A stretch of DNA of 64,000 nt, taken from NCBI GenBank assembly GCA_002269645.1, contig NIVC01003194.1:1-64000 (forward strand). Reading direction: 5' to 3'. Shown here in pieces: positions 39,068 to 51,686 of the stretch. Position numbers and translations under genes: made by a program. Origin of the DNA: Macrostomum lignano. Its lineage: Eukaryota. The notes under the pieces are model-generated. The model was not told the origin of the DNA and did no database searches. It saw only the letters and a program-made list of their open reading frames with translations. Each line of letters begins with the position of its first letter. Position 1 is the stretch's first letter.

Positions 39068-40129
39068 TTAAATGTCTCTGAGCTCAGTCCAGAACAGGTT
39101 GTTAATTGCGGCTGCGTCCCTGTGCGTCGGTCTGATAATAAAAAAGCTGCCTGGATGTCGATTGTTGTCTACCATGCGGTCCACCTGCAGGATGCTGCAC
39201 GCGTTGTTGTAGACACCGCAGTAGCCTGGCGCGCTAAATACGGTGACGCAGCGTCGATTGTGGTGCGTCAGAAAACCATTTTGTGCGACCTGGTGACCCC
39301 GAATCAGCATTTGGGTCTGGAACATCCGCATCACCTCCTCCAATGCTACGCCCGAAAACATGAAGGAGCAGCCGCGTTTATTTGGCAGCCACTTGGCCTC
39401 AGTGAGACTCTCCGACGTCGGGCTGAACTGCACATTCATTACGCCGCTCATTGGATCCGCCCAGATGATGTCACACAAAACGCTGGGTCTAGACGGTTCC
39501 ACCGGCTTCTTGGACTCGTTCAACGCCTGGACATTGGCCTGCTGTCCGCCTCGAAGGTTAAAGGGTTGCAGCATGTAGCTCGGCGAGATGCCGCCGTGAC
39601 AGCAGAAGATCTGGCCATCAATAATTGCGCACATCGACATCCATTGGAAGGTCCTGACGAATCCACCAAGCACTTTGTGCGCCTGCGCTTTGATAAACCG
39701 CATCCCGATTTCGTCTTTGAATCCGTACCTGCAGCAGATGTTGGCCGTCTCGTGGTTGCCTCGGAGCAGGTACACCGAGTTCGGGTACAGCAGCATCAGC
39801 ACAAACAGCAGCGTCATCACCTCGAGCGAGTACTTGCCTCGGTCGATGTAGTCGCCGAGGAACAGAAAGCGTGACTCGGGCGGCTGGCCAAGAGCGTCGA
39901 ATATTCGAAGCAGATCGTGGAACTGGCCGTGCAAGTCGCCCACAATGTTGATTGGCGTCTTAATGTGGATGCAGATGTCTGTGGATCTCATAGCCTCGAC
40001 GGCCATGTGACAGACGGACAGGCACTCAGCCGCAGTGAGCGGCACGTGATTCTCAACATCGTCAACATCAAAGGTAAGAAGCCGGTTGGCCAGGTTTTTC
40101 AAGTCAATGTCCTGCAGAATTCGGCCCAT
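39068..40129 (-). CDS. PP1-like Ser/Thr phosphatase, paralog of 23596-24657, intronless, 353 aa
   Basis: Same PPP motifs and same length; highly similar protein. Confidence 0.95.
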   Translation of the reverse strand: MGRILQDIDLKNLANRLLTFDVDDVENHVPLTAAECLSVCHMAVEAMRSTDICIHIKTPINIVGDLHGQFHDLLRIFDALGQPPESRFLFLGDYIDRGKYSLEVMTLLFVLMLLYPNSVYLLRGNHETANICCRYGFKDEIGMRFIKAQAHKVLGGFVRTFQWMSMCAIIDGQIFCCHGGISPSYMLQPFNLRGGQQANVQALNESKKPVEPSRPSVLCDIIWADPMSGVMNVQFSPTSESLTEAKWLPNKRGCSFMFSGVALEEVMRMFQTQMLIRGHQVAQNGFLTHHNRRCVTVFSAPGYCGVYNNACSILQVDRMVDNNRHPGSFFIIRPTHRDAAAINNLFWTELRDI

Positions 40130-40906
40130 TCAAGTCGCTGGATTGGCGGTCAATGCTATTCACCTCGAGTTCGGTTATTGACTACCAGTTAGGTGATGCA
40201 TTTGTGAAGTTGACTTCGGCGTCACAGGATGCATTGCTACTTACATCGACACGATTGACCAATGGACAGCATTGGTCATGATTAAACATTCAATACTATT
40301 GTCCAAGCTTATGTTTTAATAATTAAAATGTCTCTGAGCTTTTTACTTTGCGAGACAGCATAATAGACTTGATAAAGCTCAAACTTTTAGGGTACATTTT
40401 TAATCCGGAAACGACCATAGACAGGCACTTATTAGACAATAAAATATGGGCTACAATAGATTATGATTTAATATTACTTGAGCTTGAGACTATACTCGTG
40501 TTTTCTGCTAGAGACGAGCAGGGGAAGAATTTGAAAGGTGTGAAAGGTAGAGATAATCCTAGGCCCCCACCAACCCGTGCGAACTGATGGCTCATTAACC
40601 CAGCTCTCTCTAAATTGGGTTTCCGACTAGAAGATGCTCTGGAGTCCTGGACCAACCAGCGTCTTTTAGCTATCAGTCTCGAAGCCACAGCTACATGTAA
40701 TACATGTAAAAGAAACGCTGCTTGGAATTGCATTGATCATGCAGGGACAAAGAGGACTTTTTGCAGGGGGTTCTTGCCTGCGAACTCTCCAATAGCATTG
40801 GTGCAGAGCAGTCATGGCCCTCTGAAATCCTTACTGGTGAATTCTCTTATTGTTGAAATCTTACATTCCAATAGGACCAGATGTGCAACCGACAGCTCAG
40901 CCGCAG

Positions 40907-41119
40907 CTGAAGGCTGCGTAAGGCTGTTCAGTCCAAGGACTGGGGGTTGCCACACGCACCCTCAATTACCCCAACTAATGCTGGCACCCATTTTACAGAC
41001 GGCTGAACTGAAGCAATGCAGAGTTAAGTGTCTTGCTCAAAAGCACTTGCTCAACTTAAGTTGGTTTGATAATCGGATCACCGCGAACTTTCAGTTATGA
41101 GTCCGACGCTTTAGGCTAC
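40907..41119 (-). mobile_element. tRNA-derived SINE with CORE-like domain (degenerate copy)
   Basis: Shares ctgaaggctgcgta.ggctgttcagtccaag and gcacccattttacag...gcagagttaagtgtct with 42207-42405. Confidence 0.65.
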
Positions 41120-42206
41120 AATTACAACTAGGGAGTTTAGAAATCAAAACAAAGCAAATAAAATAAATTACGAGCTATGTATCAAATTTGCCTTTTCACT
41201 CTGCTCACAATTGCTTTAACTGATTCAGAGCAAACAAGCTACTCTTAGTATTAAACAATAGATTTCTACGTTGAAAACTTAAGTACAAGAAAAATTCAAG
41301 CAAGTAAATTGCAATACTACTCAACCAAACTACTGAGAACAGAGACAGATAAAGAGTGCTCCCAGCTAAGCAAGATCAAGTTGCCTCTCATTTAACCAGT
41401 CAGATATTCGTACTGCAAATGGGCAAAGAGTTCCGAGACTCGCTGTAGCTCAGGTGACAGCCGACTCTCGATGAAGTTCTGGCAGTTGACGGCGCAGATG
41501 CTGCCTTCCAACTTGATGTCGCGATCCGAAGGTGAGGCGAATCAGCAATCGGGGAGGGGAACCGGGGTCTCCAGACCAGTCTTCACGTAGGAGACGATTG
41601 AGTGCGTCAAAACCGGCAGTTTAAATAGTCGCCAAGTGGCCCGCGATTCGTTATACCGGAACACGTCGATTCTGTTTGGCTGAGCCGTTCTGTTAAAACG
41701 CACTTTGAATTTTCTGATTGGCTTGTTGCTTTATGTTAGGGGGTTGTGTGCACCCTGGCGCACTTTAAGCGTCATTGGCACACAACCGGCGAGAGGCATT
41801 ACTGCCCATTCCGCCGACTCTCCTGAGCAGGCACACAAGCGCGCGGATACGTACGCAGGAACACACTCACACAGGAGTGTACAGCGGCCCTAACTTTATT
41901 TTATCGTTAGGCATGTACACTTCACTGCGCCTTGGGGGGTTGGCTCTCAAGGCCGTTAATTGCACGAGCAGAGCCAAGCCGAGATTCCAATTCAGCCCCA
42001 AATTAATGTGACGGCACTTGGAATCGAGCCTTGGTTTGTTGCTACTCAAACCAAAAAACCCGAGAGATCCTGTCAACCCCCCTACCAGCAACCGTCAAAA
42101 GGTGACAGGTGCGGCCATATAAAATTCAATTTTGATGCAAAATTTTTTATGAGTTTCAGCAATGCTGAAACGACGACAGCTCAGCCACCGCTATTGCGCG
42201 GCGCAT

Positions 42207-42405
42207 CTGAAGGCTGCGTACGGCTGTTCAGTCCAAGAACTAGAGACTCCAGCTAATACCGGCACCCATTTTACAGCTGGGGTGAACTGAAGCAATGCAG
42301 AGTTAAGTGTCTTTCTCAAGGACACAAATTTTTTCAAGTACGAGATCGGGAATAGAACCCCCGACCTTTAAGTCGTGAGACCGACGCTCTAACCATTAGG
42401 CTACG
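42207..42405 (-). mobile_element. tRNA-derived SINE with CORE-like domain
   Basis: Minus strand has A box TAGCCTAATGG and B box GGTTCTATTCC, then gtgtccttgagaaagacacttaactctg...ctgtaaaatggg, resembling the MIR/CORE segment. Confidence 0.75.
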
Positions 42406-42721
42406 AAACCCCCGATGGGGAAAAATGGAAGAGGCACATGTAGATGACAAAAATAAGCAAATGCCAACAGTGGTGCTGACAGTAGTAACTACAACAAAGC
42501 TAAAGGAGCTGAGTTTATTATGCCAATAAATCTCGACTGTTAGTGTCGTTCTACCCAGCACACAAATCTAATGCGTTTCTCAACTAAAATGAGTTTATTG
42601 TATATCATCCGGGATCAATCCACAGCCACCTGCCAAGGTTGGCTAAAAATATATGCGTACTTAGTCAGGTGTGCATGGTTATAATTTAGGTAACACAACC
42701 AGCAATCACACTGAACAGCAG

Positions 42722-44787
42722 TATAGCAGTCCTTTGACTCCTAGACACGCTCACACAGGGTGTATAGCGGTCCTTTGACTCCTAGACACGCTCACACAGG
42801 GTGTATAGCGGTCCTTTGACTCATAGACACGCTCACACAGGGTGTATAGCGGTCCTTTGACTCATAGACACGCTCACACAGGGTGTATAGCGGTCCTTTG
42901 ACTCATAGACACGCTCACACAGGGTGTATAGCGGTCCTTTGACTCATAGACACGCTCACACAGGGTGTATAGCGGTCCTTTGACTCATAGACACGCTCAC
43001 ACAGGGTGTATAGCGGTCCTTTGACTCATAGACACGCTCACACAGGGTGTACAGCGGTCCTTTGACTCATAGACACGCTCACACAGGGTGTACAGCGGTC
43101 CTTTGACTCATAGACACGCTCACACAGGGTGTATAGCGGTCCTTTGACTCATAGACACGCTCACACAGGGTGTATAGCGGTCCTTTGACTCATAGACACG
43201 CTCACACAGGGTATATAGCGGTCCTTTGACTCATAGACACGCTCACACAGGGTGTATAGCGGTCCTTTGACTCATAGACACGCTCACACAGGGTGTATAG
43301 CGGTCCTTTGACTCATAGACACGCTCACACAGGGTGTATAGCGGTCCTTTGACTCATAGACACGCTCACACAGGGTGTATAGCGGTCATTTGACTCATAG
43401 ACACGCTCACACAGGGTGTATAGCGGTCCTTTGACTCATAGACACGCTCACACAGGGTGTATAGCGGTCCTTTGACTCATAGACACGCTCACACAGGGTG
43501 TATAGCGGTCCTTTGACTCATAGACACGCTCACACAGGGTGTATAGCGGTCCTTTGACTCCTAGACACGCTCACACAGGGTGTATAGCGGTCCTTTGACT
43601 CATAGACACGCTCACACAGGGTGTATAGCGGTCCTTTGACTCATAGACACGCTCACACAGGGTGTATAGCGGTCCTTTGACTCATAGACACGCTCACACA
43701 GGGTGTATAGCGGTCCTTTGACTCATAGACACGCTCACACAGGGTGTATAGCGGTCCTTTGACTCATAGACACGCTCACACAGGGTGTATAGCGGTCCTT
43801 TGACTCATAGACACGCTCACACAGGGTGTACAGCGGTCCTTTGACTCATAGACACGCTCACACAGGGTGTACAGCGGTCCTTTGACTCATAGACACGCTC
43901 ACACAGGGTGTATAGCGGTCCTTTGACTCATAGACACGCTCACACAGGGTGTATAGCGGTCCTTTGACTCATAGACACGCTCACACAGGGTATATAGCGG
44001 TCCTTTGACTCATAGACACGCTCACACAGGGTGTATAGCGGTCCTTTGACTCATAGACACGCTCACACAGGGTGTATAGCGGTCCTTTGACTCATAGACA
44101 CGCTCACACAGGGTGTATAGCGGTCCTTTGACTCATAGACACGCTCACACAGGGTGTATAGCGGTCATTTGACTCATAGACACGCTCACACAGGGTGTAT
44201 AGCGGTCCTTTGACTCATAGACACGCTCACACAGGGTGTATAGCGGTCCTTTGACTCATAGACACGCTCACACAGGGTGTATAGCGGTCCTTTGACTCAT
44301 AGACACGCTCACACAGGGTGTATAGCGGTCCTTTGACTCATAGACACGCTCACACAGGGTGTATAGCGGTCCTTTGACTCATAGACACGCTCACACAGGG
44401 TGTATAGCGGTCCTTTGACTCATAGACACGCTCACACAGGGTGTATAGCGGTCCTTTGACTCATAGACACGCTCACACAGGGTGTATAGCGGTCCTTTGA
44501 CTCATAGACACGCTCACACAGGGTGTATAGCGGTCCTTTGACTCATAGACACGCTCACACAGGGTGTACAGCGGTCCTTTGACTCATAAACACGCTCACA
44601 CAGGGTGTATAGCGGTCCTTTGACTCATAGACACGCTCACACAGGGTGTATAGCGGTCCTTTGACTCATAGACACGCTCACACAGGGTGTATAGCGGTCC
44701 TTTGACTCATAGACACGCTCACACAGGGTGTATAGCGGTCCTTTGACTCATAGACACGCTCACACAGGGTGTACAGCGGTCCTTTGA
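42722..44787. repeat. 41-bp satellite (about 50 units) with a 19-mer (779-bp) higher-order duplication
   Basis: Unit gacacgctcacacagggtgtatagcggtcctttgactcata; variant monomers recur at +779. Confidence 0.97.
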
Positions 44788-45504
44788 GTTTCTACGAGCG
44801 TAATCGTCGTGCATGCACACTCCCTGTGCCTTGGAGGCTGGCCCTCATATAGCTGTGAATCGCTCGAATATCCTCTCTCCGGTCAAGTTTTTTTTGCGCG
44901 CACAAACCCCAAATGAGTATCATGGCCGCTCACGTAAGCGAAACAGAGAGTTGCGGACGCGGAGCGAGGGTTTGCCCAGCTGCTCGGCCACACAAAAGTA
45001 TGAGCGGTACTGGTTTGATTGTCGTATGATCTTGTCTCTGTACTTTTATTTCTATGCAATTTCCTCGATTGAACAGACAGTCATCTGCATGTATGTAGTA
45101 TTTGCTTTCACGAGCGTGCATGTCCATTAAACTAAAGGAAACCGATGCTTTGCTTGCACCCAGCTAGGCAGATCCAGTGCAAGTAGCATTGTAAATATAG
45201 CATGCATTTTGAGAATCTAAAAGACATTAAAACAACTTTACCAAAAAGCCAATACGCGAATTTAAATAATATATTCTCCGATAAACCATTGAAAACAATA
45301 ACAATGTAGAACTTTAAGCTCAATAGCGGCACCAAACTTCCGGGATCTAGTTGTCGGCGATCGGTCTTACCCCTCGTATTTCAAATGGCGCCACCAGGGT
45401 CTTGGTTACGTCACAACACCAGTTTAATATGGTACGTAGGGTCGATAAAACACTTAAGCTTCAATCGATCAGAGTCCGAAGTACATCGAGTCGCAGTTTA
45501 GCCG

Positions 45505-46959
45505 TCACAGCACACACAGCAGTGCGGTGGACGGCCCAACCAGCTGCACCTCCGCTCGACCGTTCGGCTCCGAGTTCGCTCCGCTCGTCCTCACGACGCT
45601 CGTCGCCTCGGCCGCTACGAAGCTGCCGCCGCCGCCGCCACCCCCGCAATTGCCCGAGCCGCCGCCGCCGCCCGAGAAGCCGCCGCCTCCGCCCCCGCCG
45701 GAGCTGCTGCCGCCGCCGCCGCCTCCGCCGCCGCCTCCGTAGCCTCCAAACGCGTCGTCGCCGTCGCCGCCGCTCCAGCTGCTGCCGAAGCTCTCACCGC
45801 CGCGACCATTCTTTCCACCGAAGCCGTCGTCGCCTGCCGACCACCAACCGGCGCCGGCGCCGCCGTTTCCACTGCCAGATGTCCTCGCTTGGCCGCCGTT
45901 GCCGTCTGTGCCGCCAGCGCCCGCTCCGTCGCCGCCGCCGCTGGTCCCGGGCTGGTCGCTGCTTCCGTCGATTCCGTCGCAGCTGTCGCCGGATCCGCTG
46001 CCGCCGCCAGCCGCGACCAGCGGCAGCGCCGACGTCGTGTCGATACCGTCGACATAGACGAAGGTGCCACCGCCGCCGCCAGCGGCGTCATTTCCACCGC
46101 CAAGCTTGTCGCTGCCGACCTTCCCAACGATAATCGCCAGCGTGACTCCGGCGTCCAGTCTGAAGTAGCCGGATGCGAGGGCGCCCTTGCCGCCGACCGT
46201 GGAGCCACCGGCGCTGCCGCCTCGAGCGCCCCAAGCGCTGATCTTGTAGCAGCCGGTGGCGTCGATCGGATGGGTCACGAGGCTGCCCGTCTGGGTAGTC
46301 GCAGCCGCCGGGGCTGCATTGGATTCAGCGAATTGGTTGCTTTTTAAATGAGATTAAGCGACAATGAGATTTGAGCTACTTTTTATTAACACGCATGTAC
46401 GAGCTAGGAAAATGTTTTGGTTATATCTAAAAGCAATTGTGCATTAAGATAACAATAACTTACCGGTCAACACTTGTGGGACAGCAGTCGTTGTTTTTGT
46501 CGGAGGTGTGGTCGTTGTTGTCGAAGTTGTGATCGCTGTAATCGGAGTTGCGGTCGTTGCTGTCGCAGTTGTTGCAGCCGTGGTCGCACTACATTCAGGC
46601 CGGTTATCCAGCAGCTGTGTCAGACAGCCTGAGCCCGACTTCCACTTATCGGCGAGGTCGCACGAGGAGCCGAGCACGCACTTTCCGCTGCTCAGCGTCA
46701 CCGAGCCGACCTTGTCTCCCGGATGCAGCATCTGGAACACGGAGCAACTCAGCCGCCCTCTGGCTGCGCATTCCACGGCGCAGATCCGATAATCCGTGAC
46801 CCCGGAGACCTCCTTGAACGTGGCATTGATTGCACCTGGAAGGGGCAGTTCGACAGCGCAGAGGTTGACAGTCGGCACCGTGAAGGTGGCGCAGCGGACA
46901 GACTGGCAGCAGAGGGCGGACAGCAGGGCCAGCAGAGCTGCACTGCTAGCTGCAGTCAT
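45505..46959 (-). CDS. Secreted protein: signal peptide, Cys-rich (PAN/apple-like) domain, short Thr linker, ALK/LTK-type glycine-rich domain; copy 1, two exons (46959-46464, 46313-45505)
   Basis: Hydrophobic N-terminus; phase-1 GTAAGT..GCAG intron joins in frame; ISAWGARGG..GGKGA..G.F.L..G..L.I.VG and GGGGGTFV..LVAAGGG pattern of the ALK/LTK Gly-rich region; no TM or kinase domain. Confidence 0.8.
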
Positions 46960-47949
46960 GATGCAACTTGGATTTTGGCTTCCGGAATTGAGCTTCTGTG
47001 AGCAGTCAAGAGCTGTGATGAGTTGCCTGTCTTTACTCCAGGTTTATAGCGGCGGCTCCTGCTTCTGCGCATGGGGTTGGCGGCACGGGGTGAGGCAAAT
47101 CACTGGGCCACCAGTTGCCAATGGAAACGGCCACTAACAAATATTGCGGCTGGGTGGGGCGCGCCTCTCTGCTCCATCACAGCAGAGAGATAACAGCACC
47201 GGAGCCATATGAATGCTTTGCCTGTATTCAACGGTGACTAGGGGGTGGGACAGCCCCCTACTAATTGGATGGTTAGGATCATTTGGCAGCAGTGGGGCAG
47301 TCATATACTCGCAGCTGCTACAAATGCCCTTGCTGAGATCCTGATGAAGCATGGCACTAGACCTGCCCTACCCCCTCACTTACCCAAGACTTAGGAGATA
47401 ATTTTATGTATCTAAGCTCTATTCGTCAATTAATTAATCTTAACAATTAGTCAATCTGTCAATTCATTACGAAAAACACTAGAAAACTTAGGTGTGATTC
47501 TTCTTAAAAAGTTGTTGTTCTTGGTCTATTTTCTACTGCTCTCCCGACAAAGGCCATCGCGGTGTAAAGTGTGAGTTTTACAACTTGCATGGGAGATCCA
47601 AGGGAATTTGCTTACTGAGGCCACAGACAAATAAGTAATAACCAGACCAAGTACCCCAGCTCCCACCTCCTGACGATCGATAACAAGGGCTTCGCTTCCT
47701 ACCCCTCAGACATGGGGCCTGTTTGTTGTATTATTGTTGCCTTTTGCCGTGGGATATGGATTTCTAACCATTTATGCAAAACTTTATGTGCAATTAAACA
47801 GTTTAAATGGGCAGCATTATTTTATTGGTTTACCCATATTGATCAAAAACTTTCTTTCTTGTTGTTGCAGATAGAATACAAACGCCAATAAGAGTGCATG
47901 AATAGCTACGCTCACCTTCACCTGGTTCTAAGACTACGAGCGTATAAAT

Positions 47950-48560
47950 TATATTAATTTATTTATATAAATTAATCCCATCTCCGGCATGCACCAGCCG
48001 CTCCCTAAATGTTGAGAAAAACTTATTGCCCAGTCTGAGTCCGTGGCTTTCCTGTACTTGCTGCAGCATCCACACAAATTTCCATTCAATATTTCCTCTG
48101 TTCGGCGAAAAAATATTGCCAGGGACTGCCAATGGTTTCGAATCAGCTTCAACGTGTGCGGTACATCCAAGAAGGCTGAAACCTGAATGCCTGATATCTT
48201 ACTGGTCTGTGACTGAGGCAAAATGTGGCAACTTTTTAATGCTGCTGAGCATTTCATTTGCTCGCACTCGATCCCTGATAATCCTTGAGAACTTAATCAA
48301 ACAACTTCAGAGAACTGAAACAAAAATTGATGAAGCATAATACGCAAAATCCCTGCTACATGTGTAGTGTTTCTGATGAAGGTAAATACCCCTCCCCCCC
48401 ACTTTCTCAGCCATGAACTAAATTCTTTATCTGACCCTCCAGGTAAAAGAATCGCCGAAATCTGTCTTAATTTAACATACAAAGCATGCCAATCTGTTGT
48501 ATTTACGAGTATTTCATCGCCCCAAGCCAAAAGTTGCAAACTTCTTCTATCCTGAATCAA
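47950..48560 (-). mobile_element. P-element/THAP9-type transposase remnant
   Basis: FLDVPHTLKLIRNHW (D.PH.LK..RN motif) followed, across frameshifts, by DGLRLGNK; many disruptions. Confidence 0.65.
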
Positions 48561-48661
48561 GAATATTTGTAAAAAAATGTTGACTGCAAGTACTCTTAGC
48601 CTTAAGTTAGGCCTAAGCTTAAAAAATTGATAGCTTTCTAAAGACTAGGCTATCCCTAGTC

Positions 48662-49746
48662 TTGTTTTTTTTTTAATTTGGAGCCTTAAGTCAAGTTTTT
48701 CGAAGATTCCTTGCCGAAAAATTGGAAAATGCCTCAGATTGAAATTGCGCGGCCACATTAATCTTTTTGAGGCTGTCGCACAAAAAAGACATGGGACTTT
48801 TCACCGCGAGTAGTGCACATGAAGGCTATTCAGAGTGTCTACATTACTTGAACATGATACAGTCAGAGCTGCCTTGAACTCTTTGTGAGCACATTCCCTG
48901 CTCTTTGCTCATCCGTGGTGCGTGTGCGCTCGCCTCTTTGCTAGTCGACTGTCAACTATGCACATTCCCCAATCCTCACATTCCCCAAACTGCAAATTTC
49001 TCAATCTGCACATTCCCCAATCTGCACATTCCCCAATCTGCACATTCCCAAATCTGCACATTCCCAAATCTGCACATTCCCCAATCTGCACATTCCCCAA
49101 TCTGCACATTCACCAATCTGCACATTCCCCAATCTCCACACTCCCCAATCTGCACATTCCCCAATCTGCACATCCCCCAATCTGCACATTCTCAATCTGC
49201 AAATCCCCTAATCTGCACCCTACCAGGCTTCGAAATTCCACCGTAAAACCCCCAACGGAAAGCTATAGCACAGCTAATCGAAACGGTGTCAAGGCCATTG
49301 GACAGTCCCATCAAGAAGCCGCGACAAGTCGTGGCGTAATATCCAGATGATTCACTCCGTAGCCACACAGACCCAGGACAGCGAATCCGAAGTCAATAGT
49401 GAGCAGATTGGTGGACAGGAAAATATGATACGTCTTAGAAATAGGAATTATGCTTGAAATGGGATATTTCGCTCGCAGCAGTTGATGCAGCATGCCTTTG
49501 AAATATGCAGACCAAGGCCTACAAATTGCAGTGTGCGATGTTGCACACCTGCTCAACCTCTTTTTAAAGCAGGCATGGCTGGAGATCTTGTCTCCATGCT
49601 GCCCTACTAACCGAGGAGTACTAGGGGTACACGTCCCACGAGTGTTTGAGGTGGATCCTAGGGCCCCTGGACAGACTGGGAAACGGCGCCAGTCACCCTT
49701 CCGGAGCTTTGGCCTTTGACCTTAGCCGCCAAGATTTCGGGTTATC
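48662..49746. repeat. Dispersed ~1-kb repeat A, copy 1, with internal 16-bp minisatellite (tctgcacattccccaa)
   Basis: Near-identical to 53000-53942; T-rich left end. Confidence 0.9.
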
Positions 49747-49769
49747 TAGGTGTTACTCCCAGCTACTAA

Positions 49770-50692
49770 TGGTGTGGAGCTACTCCCAGCACACTGGGCT
49801 CAACTCCAGTGTTTTTCAGAGCGAGGTGCTTGCCATCAGCTCCTGCGCGGCAGAGCTGCGCCGAAGGCAGCTTAGCGGTCGGAAATTTATTTTTTCACTC
49901 TGACAGCCAAGCAGCCCTTCGGGCCCTCTGCCGCAGCACCACCAGCTCCAGGTCCGTCCTGGACTGCAACACCCAGCTCAACGGGCTTGCGCTAGGCAAC
50001 CAGGTGGAGCTCAGATGGATCCCGGGCCACGCCGGCTTCGCGCTGACCTGCTGGCCAAGGCTGGCTCCGCCGGCGCGCTGCTGGGGCCGGGCCCGGGAGC
50101 CCCCATCCCCGCCTCGGTGATCAACTCCCGCGTTAAGCGCTGGACTGACTCCGAGCATCTCCGCAGGTGGCACGACACCCGGAATTGTAGGCAATCCCGG
50201 GCGGCCGTCCCCTGCCCCTCTCCTCTCCTGCGTAGAGCCCTCCTCAGGCTCAACCGCAGAGACCTCAGAGCAGTTAGCATGGCCCTCTCCGGGCATGGCT
50301 GCTTCTCTCGCCACCGCTTCCTTCAGGGCCAAGTACCCGAGGAGCGGTGCCCCTTCTGCCGCTCAGGCAGTGAAAACGCCGAGCACTTTATCTGCCACTG
50401 CCCTTCACCAGGGCCAGGCTCACTCACCTGGGCCAAACCCGGTTCTCTCCGACGTTTGCAGGCCCGAGAGCATCCCGCTGCTCGCCCGGTACCTCAGGGA
50501 CACGGGACGAGCTGACTTCTCCCCCACCGCCGGTGAGGAGGACCGCGCTGCAGGCGAGACCGACGGGTCCCCCTGAGCGACATCGCTTCGATGGAAGTCT
50601 TTGGTCGCCAGGGGCTAGCGGAATGGGCGGTCTCCTCCGCCTCCTCGCTGCATCCGCCGGACGCCCCCTGCAGCTAAGTCAAGTAAGTCAGG
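49770..50692 (+). mobile_element. 3' end of an RNase H-containing LINE (I/R1/LOA-like)
   Basis: SVFQSEVLAI, HSDSQAAL, ELRWIPGHAG and ADLLAKAG (RNase H); GHGCFSRH..CPFC..ENAEHFICHCP (C-terminal Zn knuckle); taagtcaagtaagtca tail. Confidence 0.85.
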
Positions 50693-51149
50693 ACATAAGA
50701 TAAGGTTAGAGGTCCCCGCCATGCTTAGACTCTCCGGAGAACTATTATCTTAGGAAATAAGAACATATTAATTTTCTCTGATTTTAGAAAGCCCAGCACG
50801 TGAGCAGCCTGTGCAACTTTTTTCGATAAGGTCATCTATCCAGTACATAGTACATTCACATGCCAATTGTGAGAGTTAAATTTAGGGGTGGACAGACTTA
50901 TGCATCATTATCGTCTCTTTGTGCATAAGTTGAATGATTTAATTATGTCATGTAAGCAGTGAAGGCATATATGATGAGCAATTGTCAGTTTGCGATTTTC
51001 TTGAGAATATCATTATTATTAACACAGTTGCATGCTCGCAAATACAGAACAGATAAATTTCACAGCACCTAAAAGTTATAAGCTTCTAATTTCAGAACCA
51101 CTATGAAAAATAATGTACGCTTTTTAAATGATTCTATAGAAAAAGAATC

Positions 51150-51450
51150 GCGGAAGCATCGACTCAGCTGCAGGGTTTTCCGGGCGTCCGCCGGATACAG
51201 CGAGAAGAGGCGTCGCCGCCCATTTCGCTAACCCCTGGCGACCACGGGCAGCTGGTGCTGCGGTGTCGCGCAGGGAGTTCCTGTGGTGCCTGTGTCCGCA
51301 AGGCGGTCCCCCGCTGGCGAGTCCAGGAGGTGGATGGTCACTCGCCCGGTAGCCCTTAGGTAGCGGACGAGCTGGCAGAGGTTCTCAGGCCTGAGAACGT
51401 CGGAGAGGTCCGGGTTTGTGCCGAGGTAGGTGAGCCTGTCCGGAGTAAAG
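51150..51450 (-). mobile_element. Short 3' fragment of the same RNase H LINE family
   Basis: Reverse complement aligns with 50410-50680. Confidence 0.7.
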
Positions 51451-51686
51451 GCGGGGCTTCACAGATAAAGTGCTCCGTACATGTATTTTCGATACAGGAG
51501 AGGCATAATGGACATGATTCTCACTGCGTAGGGCTCAAAAGTATTTGAATTTCACGGTTTATAGATAAGCATAGATAAACTGTATTTTTTGCAGATTGCA
51601 GTAGCAGTAAGAGCGTAAATATTTTATGGTAAAAATATTACTAAGTAAATAACGGGCAAGTGCGCAGTTAGCGACGGTGAGCAGAC

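Noticed and set aside
41120-42110. Solo LTR candidate (starts TGTCA on the minus strand, TATA-like site inside)
   Set aside because: No matching ..CA end or TSD found.
42722-44787. CRISPR-like array
   Set aside because: Monomers are head-to-tail with no unique spacers, there are no cas genes, and the context is eukaryotic. The same applies to the other arrays.
45351-46347. Arg-, Pro- and Ala-rich ORFs overlapping the Gly-rich exons (also 57549-58294)
   Set aside because: Antisense and alternate-frame shadows of GGC-rich coding sequence.
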